A stretch of 64,000 nt of DNA from Candidatus Bathyarchaeota archaeon (GCA_026014685.1 JAOZHW010000003.1:35995-99994), one strand, 5' to 3'. Positions 28,910-38,275 are shown, counted from the stretch's first letter. Notes: generated by a model not told the origin, from the sequence alone. Program-made: numbers and translations.

Positions 28910-28950
28910 AGGCTTAAGATGAAGATTAGCTATAACTAGGTAAGATAACG

Positions 28951-29079
28951 TTGAGGCTCAAAGGCTTGTTTTTAGTAGTCATTATAATCATTGCAAGTTT
29001 AGCTTTCATCTATGCGCAGTCTGTTGCACAAATGGGCATCCATATTCAGCTTTTCCACCAGACGACATTAACCCAATAG
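28951..29079 (+). pseudogene. Signal-peptide-only gene remnant (42 codons)
   Basis: LRLKGLFLVVIIIIASLAFIYAQSVAQ followed by an early stop. Confidence 0.4.
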
Positions 29080-29279
29080 CTTCCTTGGAAAAAACACGCT
29101 AAAGTATCCACAAGCGGAACAATTATTCCCATATCATATAAATGCGAGACGTGCAGCGCTGAGTCTAAACGTTATTGGTACGGAAAAAGACCAAAAGTTG
29201 TTTCTGCTTCTTAAATTCTCGGCGACAAAGTATTACGACCCTCAACCAACATAAAAAAGAAAAGGGAAGGTTTGTTGTG

Positions 29280-29293
29280 CAGGATAAATTCGT
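29280..29293. repeat. Right inverted repeat of the island
   Basis: CAGGATAAATTCGT, ending 6 nt before the tRNA-side direct repeat. Confidence 0.85.
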
Positions 29294-29301
29294 TTGGGGG
29301 G

Positions 29302-29380
29302 TGGCGGGCCCGCTGGGATTTGAACCCAGGATTCTCGGCTCCGGAGGCCGATGCCTTAATCCGTGCTAGACTACGAGCCC
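29302..29380 (-). tRNA. tRNA-Arg(CCG), CCA encoded, no intron
   Basis: GGGCTCG/CGGGCCC acceptor stem, TCGGC-CTCCGGA-GCCGA anticodon arm, CTGGG-TTCAAAT-CCCAG T arm. Confidence 0.97.
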
Positions 29381-29426
29381 ACAACGCAGAACCAAACATG
29401 CAAAGAACATTTAAAGCTAACCCAGC

Positions 29427-29927
29427 TTACTCTTGGATTAACTCTTCATCTATCCACCAAGCTTTCTTCTTTCCCGACCGTTCTCCAGCATAGTATTCGA
29501 TGATGGCTTTTCCCGCCTGTTTCTTGCTGTTCTTCTCGATCTTCTGCAGCCTGTTGAGCACCAGCCAGCGGTTAACTTTGAGGTAATCCGCCAATTCGGG
29601 GGTAGTGGCTGATTTATAATTCATTAGGTACTCGATGATTTTGCGGTCTAAGTCGTCGGTGGCGTATTGGTAGGGGTTGATTTTACCATGCTGGAAGGTG
29701 AGAATGTCGAGGTCGGCGAGGTACTTTTTGATTTGCCCAAACTGCTCTTCAAGTTGCTGCATGCGGGTTTCGAGGGCTAAGAGTTTGTCGGGTTTGGGGG
29801 TTTTCTGCAGTTTCTCGGCGATGGCTTCACGGATAAAGTTGCTTCGGTCGCCTTCGGGGATGCGTAGAGCGATTTCTTGGTAGACTTCTTCGGGGAGTTT
29901 GACGGTGACGATTCTGGGTTCAGTCAT
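29427..29927 (-). CDS. Ribbon-helix-helix + coiled coil + winged-helix DNA-binding protein
   Basis: IVTVKLPEEVYQEI...DRSNFIREAI; LDRKIIEYL...TTPELADYL.VNR..VLNRL. Confidence 0.75.
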   Translation of the reverse strand: MTEPRIVTVKLPEEVYQEIALRIPEGDRSNFIREAIAEKLQKTPKPDKLLALETRMQQLEEQFGQIKKYLADLDILTFQHGKINPYQYATDDLDRKIIEYLMNYKSATTPELADYLKVNRWLVLNRLQKIEKNSKKQAGKAIIEYYAGERSGKKKAWWIDEELIQE

Positions 29928-30091
29928 GTTTAGCCCTTGACTGGCTATTATGTGGGGTTTTGTATTTCAGTTTTCCCCAAACCACCAAAAATTTCAGCAA
30001 GGCAACAGAAAATCGTTTACGGCAATTACGGTTTTGGTTTAAGCAATAAACGATTTATTTAAGTAAAACATGATACAGGACACGGTGAGCA

Positions 30092-31009
30092 ATGTTGACC
30101 GATTGGTCTAAAAAGGATTTGCTGATTTTAGCGTTTGATCATCGAGCATCTTTTATCGAGAAACTATTCGGAATCAAAGGCCGACCCCCAACACCTGAGG
30201 AGAAAAAGAAAATTCAGGAAGCTAAAGAAATAATTTTTGAAGGCTTCAAGCTGGCGCTCAACAAAAAGGTCCCCAAAGACATCGCAGGACTTTTGGTTGA
30301 TGAAGAATTCGGCGCAACCATCCTCTCCGAAGCCAAAAAGGAAGGCTTCAACTTCGCCATGCCCGCAGAGAAGTCAGGTCAAGACGAATTCGACTTCGAA
30401 TACGGCAGCCAATACAGCCGCCACATCGAAGAATTCGACCCCACCTTCCTCAAAGTGCTGGTACGCTACAACCCAGAAGGTGACGCCGCCATGAACAAGC
30501 GCCAACTCAAGCGTCTAAAGGAACTAAGCGACTACCTCGCCAAAACAAAGCGACCCTTCCTATTCGAACTCATCGTCCCCGCAACCTCCGCGCAGTTGGC
30601 ATCGCTGGGCGGTTCCAAAGAGCGATATGACCTTGAACTTCGCCCCAAACTCATGTGTGAAAGCCTAAAGCAAATCCAAGACGGCGGCGTGGAACCAGCC
30701 ATCTGGAAACTTGAAGGCGTCGAAGACCCCGCCAACGCTAAAGCCATCGTTAAACAAGCTCAGGCAGGCGGACGCAAAGCGGGCGTCATCACCTTGGGAC
30801 GCGGCGAATCCAAAGACAAAGTCAAAGAGTGGCTTGCAGTCGGAGCCAAAATCCCCGGCATCATCGGCTTCGCAGTGGGCAGAACAATCTTCTGGGATCC
30901 CCTCGTCGAGTTCCGAGCTGGCAAAGCAACACGTAGAGAAGCGGTTGAGAAAATCGCCCAGAACTACATGGAGTTTGTAGAACTCTGGCAAAACGAGAGG
31001 AAAAAGTGA
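30092..31009 (+). CDS. DUF2090 / LacD-like class I aldolase (TIM barrel)
   Basis: LAFDHR, KVLVRYNP, LFELIVP, WKLEG (candidate Schiff-base Lys), LGRG, GFAVGRTIF. Confidence 0.8.
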   Translation: MLTDWSKKDLLILAFDHRASFIEKLFGIKGRPPTPEEKKKIQEAKEIIFEGFKLALNKKVPKDIAGLLVDEEFGATILSEAKKEGFNFAMPAEKSGQDEFDFEYGSQYSRHIEEFDPTFLKVLVRYNPEGDAAMNKRQLKRLKELSDYLAKTKRPFLFELIVPATSAQLASLGGSKERYDLELRPKLMCESLKQIQDGGVEPAIWKLEGVEDPANAKAIVKQAQAGGRKAGVITLGRGESKDKVKEWLAVGAKIPGIIGFAVGRTIFWDPLVEFRAGKATRREAVEKIAQNYMEFVELWQNERKK

Positions 31010-31998
31010 CCAATATGACATCTCTTCGATCTCTTGGGCCATCCTTAATTCGCATAACCACCGCTGGAGCCGTCGGAGCAGCATTACACATCGGCAAAGG
31101 CGACCCCGACATGGTGGATCAAACCGCCCTAGATTTCTCAAGGGCAGTCATGAATCAAATGGAAATCGACGGCGAAGTCATCTGTTGCGAAGGACCCAAA
31201 GACAACGCGCCCGCTTTTAACAACCGTGAAAAAGTCGGCACGGGTAACGGTCCCAAAGTGGAGTTCGTTATCGACCAAGTGGACGGCACAACTGCTACGA
31301 GCAAGGGCAAAAAAGACGCCATCTCAACCTTGGCTTGTGCCCCTGTAGGTTGCCTCCAAGTTTTGCCTGATGATGGCTACTACTTTAAAGTTGCAACTAA
31401 TGGTGTTGCAAAAGGAAAAATCAACCTTGACATGTCTATTGAAGAAATAGTAACAACCATCGCTACACTCAAGAAGCGACCTTTAGCGAATTTCACTGTT
31501 ATCATGCTGGAAAGACCTCGACATGACGAATTGCTTGCACGCCTTAGAAAGATGGGTGTACGCATCATCTTGATCGCTGACGGAGACATCGCAGGCGCCA
31601 TCGTAACCTGCTTGCCTGATTCAGGTGTGGATTTGTTGGTTGGTGCAGGTGCAGGAGCAGAAGCCACCATCGCCGCGACCGCAGTGAAATGCCTCGGAGG
31701 GACGATGCTTGTTAAGGTTTGGAAGGACAAAAAAGACGATCCCAATAGAATGGCACGCCTTGAAGCTGCAGGCGTAGACATAAACAAGACTTACACTGAA
31801 AACGAGTTAGCTAAAGGCAACGAGATGATTTTTGCTGCATCAGGCATCACTAAAGGCGAAATGCTCGACGGCGTGCGGTTCATTCAGGGTGGCGCAAAAG
31901 TTCAATCGCTCTGCACACGGTTGCCCAGCGGAACCATCGAGTGGTCCTCGACGATTCTGAAGTTCAAAGAGCACCCAGTTTACAAGCAAATAACCTAA
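31006..31998 (+). CDS. glpX: Class II fructose-1,6-bisphosphatase, divergent
   Basis: EG..D.AP, EKVGTG, DxxDGT, RPRH, DGDIAGA, E.TIAA.A.KCLGG; 4-bp overlap with the aldolase stop. Confidence 0.88.
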   Translation: MTNMTSLRSLGPSLIRITTAGAVGAALHIGKGDPDMVDQTALDFSRAVMNQMEIDGEVICCEGPKDNAPAFNNREKVGTGNGPKVEFVIDQVDGTTATSKGKKDAISTLACAPVGCLQVLPDDGYYFKVATNGVAKGKINLDMSIEEIVTTIATLKKRPLANFTVIMLERPRHDELLARLRKMGVRIILIADGDIAGAIVTCLPDSGVDLLVGAGAGAEATIAATAVKCLGGTMLVKVWKDKKDDPNRMARLEAAGVDINKTYTENELAKGNEMIFAASGITKGEMLDGVRFIQGGAKVQSLCTRLPSGTIEWSSTILKFKEHPVYKQIT

Positions 31999-32069
31999 AA
32001 ATTTTATTTGGGGTTTTATTCCCCAACCTTCTTTTCATCTAAAAAAGAAAAAAACGGTAATCGCTAGAT

Positions 32070-32741
32070 TTAGCTGTGGTTTTGCACGTGGCCTCCGTGA
32101 GGGTGCGTGTGTGGGTGCTCGTGGGTTTGCCCGTCCTCGTGGGTGTGCGCATGTACATGTTCATTTTCTGGTGCTGCTTGGTCTTCGGGAAACACTTGCC
32201 CAGTTAACTGAGCCAACTCACGGTACCTCTGCTCTACTATATCGTGGAGTTGTTTTCTTAGCGCTTCGCCTGATACGTTGCGTTGCTTGAGCAGAGCCGT
32301 TTTCTTAACTAACTCTTCGTCGCCAAGTCCCTTAAACCAATTCTCAAAGTCTCCGCGTTTAAAGTGGAACTCGACTGAGATGATGTCTGCTTTTTCTATT
32401 TTTCCGACAAAATCACGTAGGTTGTGGGCGTGCATGCTGAGGGGTTTGCCGACGGTGGCGTAGAAGTGGAAGGATTTGTCATGTGGGGCGTAAGCGAGGA
32501 TGGATGTGGCTTTCTCTTTTGTGATTTCAGGAATACCGAGCGCTTTTTTGCCTGCTGCGGTTATGACGTAGAGTCCTTTTTCTGGACTAGAAACGTAGCC
32601 CATGCGTTGAAGTCCCAAGAGGTGCATCATTACTGGCTGGAACTCTTTATGGGCATCTTTAGCGATATCCATAGCTTTCATCGGTTTATCCAATAGAAGC
32701 ATGGATTGGAGAATTTCCAATTTAATAGGTGATAAACTCAT
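32070..32741 (-). CDS. wHTH + DUF5752-like domain protein with His-rich tail
   Basis: N-terminal wHTH (..GYV....G.Y.IT..GK..L); FHFY...A..L.DF...SVEFH..RGDF..W...GD.EL; HVHAHTH...HEHPHTHPH. Confidence 0.7.
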   Translation of the reverse strand: MSLSPIKLEILQSMLLLDKPMKAMDIAKDAHKEFQPVMMHLLGLQRMGYVSSPEKGLYVITAAGKKALGIPEITKEKATSILAYAPHDKSFHFYATVGKPLSMHAHNLRDFVGKIEKADIISVEFHFKRGDFENWFKGLGDEELVKKTALLKQRNVSGEALRKQLHDIVEQRYRELAQLTGQVFPEDQAAPENEHVHAHTHEDGQTHEHPHTHPHGGHVQNHS

Positions 32742-32919
32742 CTTTGGGCACCTTGCCTCTTAGTTGGTTATGTGTTTCAGTCTAATCAAAGTTTTCCCCA
32801 AACCCTACAGAAACCATGAGCAATCTCTTGGTTTTTAGGCAGCATCTCAGGGTTGGGTTAGGTAAAGCTTTAGTACAGAGGCGTCCACTGCTAAATGGAT
32901 AAATGGTGACATTCAAAGC

Positions 32920-34170
32920 ATGAAGATAGCTGTTTTTGTCTATGAATATCCACCTAAAATCGTAGGTGGACTCGGCACCTACGCTGCGGAGATCACCCGC
33001 AAATTCGTCCTCAACGACCACGACGTAACTGTCTTCACAATGAACGACGACGAAGGCTCCATGCCAACCCGAGAAATCTGGCGCGGCATCGAAATCCACC
33101 GTCCTCTACACATAGATATCTCTGACTCGCTTCCCGACGTCATATCTGAAGACATTAAAAAGTGGGGGCGCGGACAGCAATTCTTCGGCAAACTCATGGT
33201 TTACAATTACCTATCTGCTGCAAAGCTTGTTAACGAATTAATCAAGCAAGAATGTATGAAGTACGATGTTGTTGTTGCCCATGACTGGCTCTCTGCGATG
33301 GGCGGCGTAACCGTTAAGCGTGAAACTAACTTGCCTTTTGCGTTTCATGTGCACTCTACTGAAAAAGGGCGCACTATGGGCAACGGTTCAGGTGTTGTTA
33401 GTAACATCGAGTTGCGGGCTGGTCTTATGGCTGACATGGTGGTCACCGTTTCCTACGCCATGAAAGATGAACTTATCGGGCTTGGTTTTCCACGCGATAA
33501 AATACAGGTCAGCTACAACGGCGTAGATCCGCAGAAGTACAATCCTGAAAACGTTTCAAAAGAGGACATTGCTCGTATCCGTGCTAAATACGGCATCAAA
33601 GACGACGAGTACATGATTCTCTTCTTAGGCCGACTCGTAGTCGTCAAAGGCGTAGATAAACTCATTATGGCTATGCCTCACATCTTATCAAAAATTCCCA
33701 AAGCAAAACTTGTCATTGTCGGCGTTGGCGACTTGCAGGAGTACCTCACTAACCTTACTCAGATAACCAAGATGGGTGACTTCGTCAAGTTCTGCTATGA
33801 CTTCATCCCCGAAGAAGAACGCATACGCCACTACGCAGCATGCGACATCGCAGTTTTCCCCAGCCTCTATGAACCGTTTGGCATCGTTGCCCTTGAAGCC
33901 ATGAGCATGGAAAAACCCGTCGTCGTTGGCGCGGCAGGCGTGAGCGGTATGCGTGAAATCGTCATCTGCTGCGGACCTGAACAATGCGGCTACCACATCG
34001 ACCCCAACAACCCAAGCGATATCGCATGGGGAGTCACCAGCGCTCTGGAAAGTCCAGAGTGGAGTAAAACACTTGGTAAAAACGGCAGAAAACGCGTTCT
34101 AGCAGAGTTTACATGGAACAAGATCGCTGAGAAAACCGTTAAGCTCTACGAAACCATCTCTAAACGGTAA
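32920..34170 (+). CDS. GT4 glycosyltransferase (archaeal glycogen-synthase-like)
   Basis: EYPP.IVGGLG, HDWL, HSTE.GR, FLGRL...KG, PSLYEPFGIVALEAM. Confidence 0.9.
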   Translation: MKIAVFVYEYPPKIVGGLGTYAAEITRKFVLNDHDVTVFTMNDDEGSMPTREIWRGIEIHRPLHIDISDSLPDVISEDIKKWGRGQQFFGKLMVYNYLSAAKLVNELIKQECMKYDVVVAHDWLSAMGGVTVKRETNLPFAFHVHSTEKGRTMGNGSGVVSNIELRAGLMADMVVTVSYAMKDELIGLGFPRDKIQVSYNGVDPQKYNPENVSKEDIARIRAKYGIKDDEYMILFLGRLVVVKGVDKLIMAMPHILSKIPKAKLVIVGVGDLQEYLTNLTQITKMGDFVKFCYDFIPEEERIRHYAACDIAVFPSLYEPFGIVALEAMSMEKPVVVGAAGVSGMREIVICCGPEQCGYHIDPNNPSDIAWGVTSALESPEWSKTLGKNGRKRVLAEFTWNKIAEKTVKLYETISKR

Positions 34171-34175
34171 ACGCT

Positions 34176-34790
34176 TTGTCTGAAAGCTTTGATTTAAAAC
34201 GTCGAGTTGCACGGGAAGCCGCAACCCTTCTCTATTTTGGTGCTGAAAAAGAATACAAACAAGCTAAAGAGAAAGCCGCGCAAACTTTGGGCTCAAACTT
34301 TTTGCCCTCAAACCTCGAAGTGGCCTTGGAATTGGACAAAATTGCTGAGGAAAACGAGGGAGAGAAACGTAAAGCACGCTTAATCGAGATGCGTCAGGAG
34401 GCTTTGGATGTGATGCGGTTGCTGTCGGCGTTTTGTCCAGTGCTAATTGGTAGTGTCTGGCGCGGAACCATAAAACAGGGCAGTGACATCGACATCGCCG
34501 TCTATACGGATAATCCTGAACTGGTTCTTTTGGCTTTGAAAGCAGGCGGAATCAAAATAACTAAAACTCAGTGGACAACAGTCAACAAACAAGGCGCCAC
34601 TTTGGAGTCCTACCACATCTACGCCCAAACCACCGCCAAGCATGGCTTGGAAATCGTTGCTCGACGCAGTGAGGAAGCGGGGAAGAAGCGGCGCTGCGAA
34701 ACCTTCGGAGACGAACTCAAAGGCCTCAACATTCTGCAGCTTGAAAAAGTCTTGCAGACGCACCCAACGAGGCAATTTATACCTCAATAA
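34176..34790 (+). CDS. Pol-beta-family nucleotidyltransferase domain protein
   Basis: IGSVWRG....SDIDIAV motif after a helical N-terminal domain. Confidence 0.8.
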   Translation: MSESFDLKRRVAREAATLLYFGAEKEYKQAKEKAAQTLGSNFLPSNLEVALELDKIAEENEGEKRKARLIEMRQEALDVMRLLSAFCPVLIGSVWRGTIKQGSDIDIAVYTDNPELVLLALKAGGIKITKTQWTTVNKQGATLESYHIYAQTTAKHGLEIVARRSEEAGKKRRCETFGDELKGLNILQLEKVLQTHPTRQFIPQ

Positions 34791-34865
34791 CTCCTGAAAA
34801 CAATGTTTATCCATCAAAAAAGGACTTAAACCACCAAAACCAATCCTAGACTCAGCTGATGCCAG

Positions 34866-35270
34866 ATGGAAAAGAAAGACCTCAAAAAAATGTTCCCCCA
34901 TCTCTACGAAGAACTCCAATCAGGCGACGTCAAAGTCTCAATCAACGGCATACGTAAGAATGCGGCTGAGGCAGAGGGCGAAGTGGAGGGATGTGGCTGC
35001 GACGAGTGGCATGAAGGCGAAGAGGACCTGGAACAGTGCACTGAGACTCCTGATAAGCTGCGGCATTTTAACCCGCAAGCGGTGGATTTTCTGCGCAGAT
35101 GTGACACCGAAGCGCAGGCTGAGGAGATAATTGCTTACTTGGAAAAGAAGGGTGAAATCACCAAAGAATACGCCAAAGAGTTAAGGTGTCAACTCAAAAA
35201 GGACGGCGTGCGGGTTTTTGGGCCTAAAAAAGAAGAAAACCATTACTTCCGTGAAGGCGGAATTTACTAA
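34866..35270 (+). CDS. DUF2095 family protein
   Basis: K.MFPHL..EL; DFLRRCDT..QA.EII.YLEKKGEIT.EYA..LR..L.K.GVR.FG.KK. Confidence 0.8.
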   Translation: MEKKDLKKMFPHLYEELQSGDVKVSINGIRKNAAEAEGEVEGCGCDEWHEGEEDLEQCTETPDKLRHFNPQAVDFLRRCDTEAQAEEIIAYLEKKGEITKEYAKELRCQLKKDGVRVFGPKKEENHYFREGGIY

Positions 35271-35497
35271 GCCCGTGCCCTTTCTACATTTTCTTCCTAC
35301 ATCAACTCTTAACAGAACGCATACGATAAGAATCGAGCCTAAACAAAATCTTGTATCTGCCTTTCTCTGTTGAGTTAAATTCTCTAGTTAACCGGTATTT
35401 TTCTTCATTACTGGTTATTATGTTGGGTTTTTTGTAGTTGTTGAGAAAAATATTAATGCATCTTAACCTGAAAAACTCTTTTGGGAGAAGGTGTAAA

Positions 35498-35704
35498 TTG
35501 ATCGCAACGGGTGAGACACTGTTTGTGTGTCCAAGGTGCGGTAAACCAACGTTGTCGGTGCATAGGAAAACCTATGAGCGAACCGTGATTTTCAATTGTA
35601 GCAGTTGCCGCCTAAACTCAGAGTTTGAACCATCTAAGGAAGCCTACTTTGACGCTGCTGCAAGCTGGCAAGAATTCACTGCACAGCAAAAACACGCAAA
35701 ATAA
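35498..35704 (+). CDS. Elf1-like zinc-ribbon protein (paralog 1)
   Basis: LFVCPRCG...LSV......CSSC; TTG start after GGAGAAGGTG. Confidence 0.6.
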   Translation: MIATGETLFVCPRCGKPTLSVHRKTYERTVIFNCSSCRLNSEFEPSKEAYFDAAASWQEFTAQQKHAK

Positions 35705-35871
35705 ACCGTTTACGTTTTGAGCTGCCGACTCTTAGGGATGCCCAAAGCATAGACTATTCCATATCTCTTGGTTGGTTGCGCGTACTCTATAGTTTTTTTA
35801 GATTATTGGTGAAACTATTAAGAGCCAAAACACGTTGATACATTTGCCAACATACATCTCCAAGGGTGCAC

Positions 35872-35953
35872 TGCTGGCGAATCAGGCGTTTACTTTCCAG
35901 ATTAGGTTTCAGCCATTTTACACCTGCCCTGCTAAACGCTGAATTCGCCAGCA
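35872..35953. other. Long intergenic hairpin / inverted repeat
   Basis: TGCTGGCGAATCAGGCGTTTA pairs with TAAACGCTGAATTCGCCAGCA (about 20 bp, two 1-nt bulges) around a 40-nt loop. Confidence 0.6.
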
Positions 35954-36033
35954 AATTCTATTCTCCAAAAAATTGGCAGTCGTTGAGGTTTGGTGTGGAT
36001 GGCAAGACTTAATTATTAATTGCCGCCTATGAG

Positions 36034-36711
36034 TTGCCATTTAAGGTGACACAGCAAGTGAAAGCTATAATCTTTGGAGCGCCAGGCGCAGGCAAAGGCA
36101 CCTATTCTTCAAGGTTGCAGAATCAGCTTGGCGTAGACGTTATCGCTATGGGCGACATTTTCCGTGAATCCGTAAAACAAAATTCCCCTCTGGGTAAAAA
36201 AGTCAAAAGCTACGTCGAAAAAGGAGCACTTGTCCCCGACGACGTGGTGATTGAGGTTCTAAAGGAACGCTTAAGCCGTGTACCCAAAGGCAAAGGCTTT
36301 CTGCTTGATGGTTTTCCACGCACAACTGAGCAAGCAGACGCTTTGGAAGGTATCACCAAAATCGACGTCATACTACAGTTGGATGTGCCAGACGACATTA
36401 TAATCGCCCGTTTATCCTCTCGTCGTGTATGCAAAAAATGCGGTGAAGTCTACAACATCCGTTTCCTCAAACCTAAAAAAGAAGGTATATGCGACAAATG
36501 CGGCGGAGAACTCTACCAACGTGCAGACGACAACGAAGAAGTCATCAAAAACCGCCTGCAAGTCTACAAAAACCAAACCGAACCACTCATAGCTTACTAC
36601 AAGAAAAAGAAGGTTCCCTTTGTCGTTTCAACCACCAAGTCGCTGGATTCGCCACCTGACCCGATGGTTGCCAAGATGCTTGAGGAACTAAAGAAACTAA
36701 AAATCAGCTAA
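36034..36711 (+). CDS. adk: Adenylate kinase (long LID, Zn-binding)
   Basis: GAPGAGKGT, GALVPDD, GFLLDGFPRT, RRVCKKC...CDKC, RADD. Confidence 0.95.
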   Translation: MPFKVTQQVKAIIFGAPGAGKGTYSSRLQNQLGVDVIAMGDIFRESVKQNSPLGKKVKSYVEKGALVPDDVVIEVLKERLSRVPKGKGFLLDGFPRTTEQADALEGITKIDVILQLDVPDDIIIARLSSRRVCKKCGEVYNIRFLKPKKEGICDKCGGELYQRADDNEEVIKNRLQVYKNQTEPLIAYYKKKKVPFVVSTTKSLDSPPDPMVAKMLEELKKLKIS

Positions 36712-37175
36712 ATATCGAGGATAAACTCCAAAACCACCCGTTCAGGTTCGCGGATAACCACCATCAAATGGTATGTTACCGCTTTAACGCCTACTTTCTG
36801 CGGGTGCTTTTTGGGGTCAAACTTTTCTCCCCAAACCTTTGCCGTGAACTTAAATTTTTCAGCGGTTTCTTTCCAGTCAACGATTTGGAATCGACTGTAG
36901 AGCATGCCGTCAGTTTCAAACTTCACCAGCAAAGCTTCCAGCCAGTTATACAGCAACGCGTATTGGTCTTCTGCTTCTACTTCTATGGTTTCCTCTGTAG
37001 TCTGCGCGATTTTGTCGCTGTTAGTCATGGTTTCAAACATGGCAAGCGCCGCGTTTTCGTAGGCTTGCTCCATGCTTGTTCCAAACGCACGGACATAGAC
37101 GTCAGCGGTATGCTCCAGAAACTCAAATCGCCCCGCAAACTTTTCTGGTTTTACAACTTTTTCAGGCTGCTTCAT
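36708..37175 (-). CDS. Archease
   Basis: FEFLEHTADV, VKAVTYH, FILDI. Confidence 0.95.
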   Translation of the reverse strand: MKQPEKVVKPEKFAGRFEFLEHTADVYVRAFGTSMEQAYENAALAMFETMTNSDKIAQTTEETIEVEAEDQYALLYNWLEALLVKFETDGMLYSRFQIVDWKETAEKFKFTAKVWGEKFDPKKHPQKVGVKAVTYHLMVVIREPERVVLEFILDI

Positions 37176-37231
37176 GCCAAATCAACTGTTAGATACAAAG
37201 AAGAAGGAAGGGAAATAAAAAGTAATGCCGC

Positions 37232-38275
37232 CTAAAAGAATTTGGAGGCTTTGTGGATGGCTGCGGCGGCGAGTTTGGCGCTGTTTTCGATGTCCGATAA
37301 GCTGAGCATGCCGACGGGGCTGTGAATGTAGCGTGTGGGGATGGATATGGTTCCGCTTGGGATGCCCTGCCGAGTGATGGAAATGCGTGCTGCATCAGTG
37401 CTGCCCATCAAGCCTGATTCCAGTTGTACAGCGATTTTTTCTTCTTCCGCGGTATCTCTGAACCAACGCAGAATTTTGGGGTGAGTAATCAAGCCTGAAT
37501 CACTAATCGTCAATGCGGGTCCTTTACCCATCTTGACGGTGGTGTCAAACTCGCGCACGCCTGGCACGTCACCTGCGATGGTTACATCTAAAACGATGGC
37601 GAGGTCAGGGTCAACGCCGAAAGCCGCAGTTGCTGCACCACGTAAACCGACTTCTTCTTGCACGGTGCCCACTGCGTAGACGGTGCAGTCGGTTTTTTTG
37701 AGTAGCCTCATGATTTCAATCATGGTGGCGCATCCTGCGCGGTTGTCAAAGGCTTTTCCCATCACAACGTCTGAACCCATTTTTGTGTATGTAACATCGA
37801 AGGCAACTGGGTCGCCGACGGCTATGCCCATTTTGGTGACTTCTTCTTTGTTTGCTGCGCCGACGTCGATGAAGAGGTCGTCGTAGTTTAGGATTTTTTT
37901 GCGGTCCTCCTCTTTTTGTATATGTGGCGGTTTTGATCCGATGACGCCGGGGTAACATGTGTTTTTGCTAAAGACCCTGACTTTCTGTGCGGGAAGAATG
38001 CGGTCGTCGATTCCGCCCATTTTGCTGAATTGGAGAAAGCCCTCTTTGTTGATGGTTTTAACCATTAAGCCAACTTCATCCATGTGAGCGGCAAGCATGA
38101 TTTTAAGGCCGCTGGGTTTGCCTTTTTTGATGGCTATGACGTTTTCCATTCGGTCGATTTTGATTTCGTCTGCGTATGGCTTTAACATCTCAGCCATAAG
38201 GTCGCAGACCTGGTTTTCTCTGCCTGTGACTCCGCAGGCGTTGGAGAGTTTTTCTAAGTTTTGGTTCAGGGACAA
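37232..38275 (-). CDS. M42 family (TET-like) aminopeptidase
   Basis: AAHMDEVG, KAFDNRAG, TVQEEVGLRGA, DVT, STDA, IPTRYIHSP. Confidence 0.93.
   Translation of the reverse strand: MSLNQNLEKLSNACGVTGRENQVCDLMAEMLKPYADEIKIDRMENVIAIKKGKPSGLKIMLAAHMDEVGLMVKTINKEGFLQFSKMGGIDDRILPAQKVRVFSKNTCYPGVIGSKPPHIQKEEDRKKILNYDDLFIDVGAANKEEVTKMGIAVGDPVAFDVTYTKMGSDVVMGKAFDNRAGCATMIEIMRLLKKTDCTVYAVGTVQEEVGLRGAATAAFGVDPDLAIVLDVTIAGDVPGVREFDTTVKMGKGPALTISDSGLITHPKILRWFRDTAEEEKIAVQLESGLMGSTDAARISITRQGIPSGTISIPTRYIHSPVGMLSLSDIENSAKLAAAAIHKASKFF

Larger units (their letters stand above)
26860..29316. mobile_element. Non-autonomous ~2.4-kb island at the 3' end of tRNA-Arg(CCG)
   Basis: 17-bp perfect direct repeat of the tRNA 3' end at both ends, 14-bp perfect inverted repeats just inside, visibly AT-richer cargo, no integrase. 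Confidence 0.75.

Noticed and set aside
26860-29316. Firm call of the island as a casposon
   Set aside because: No Cas1 or PolB gene, and the termini read CCC...GGG whereas described casposon TIRs start with a G-run. Kept only as an analogy.
36708-36711. 4-bp overlaps of convergent stop codons (also 42917-42920)
   Set aside because: A common feature of compact prokaryotic genomes.
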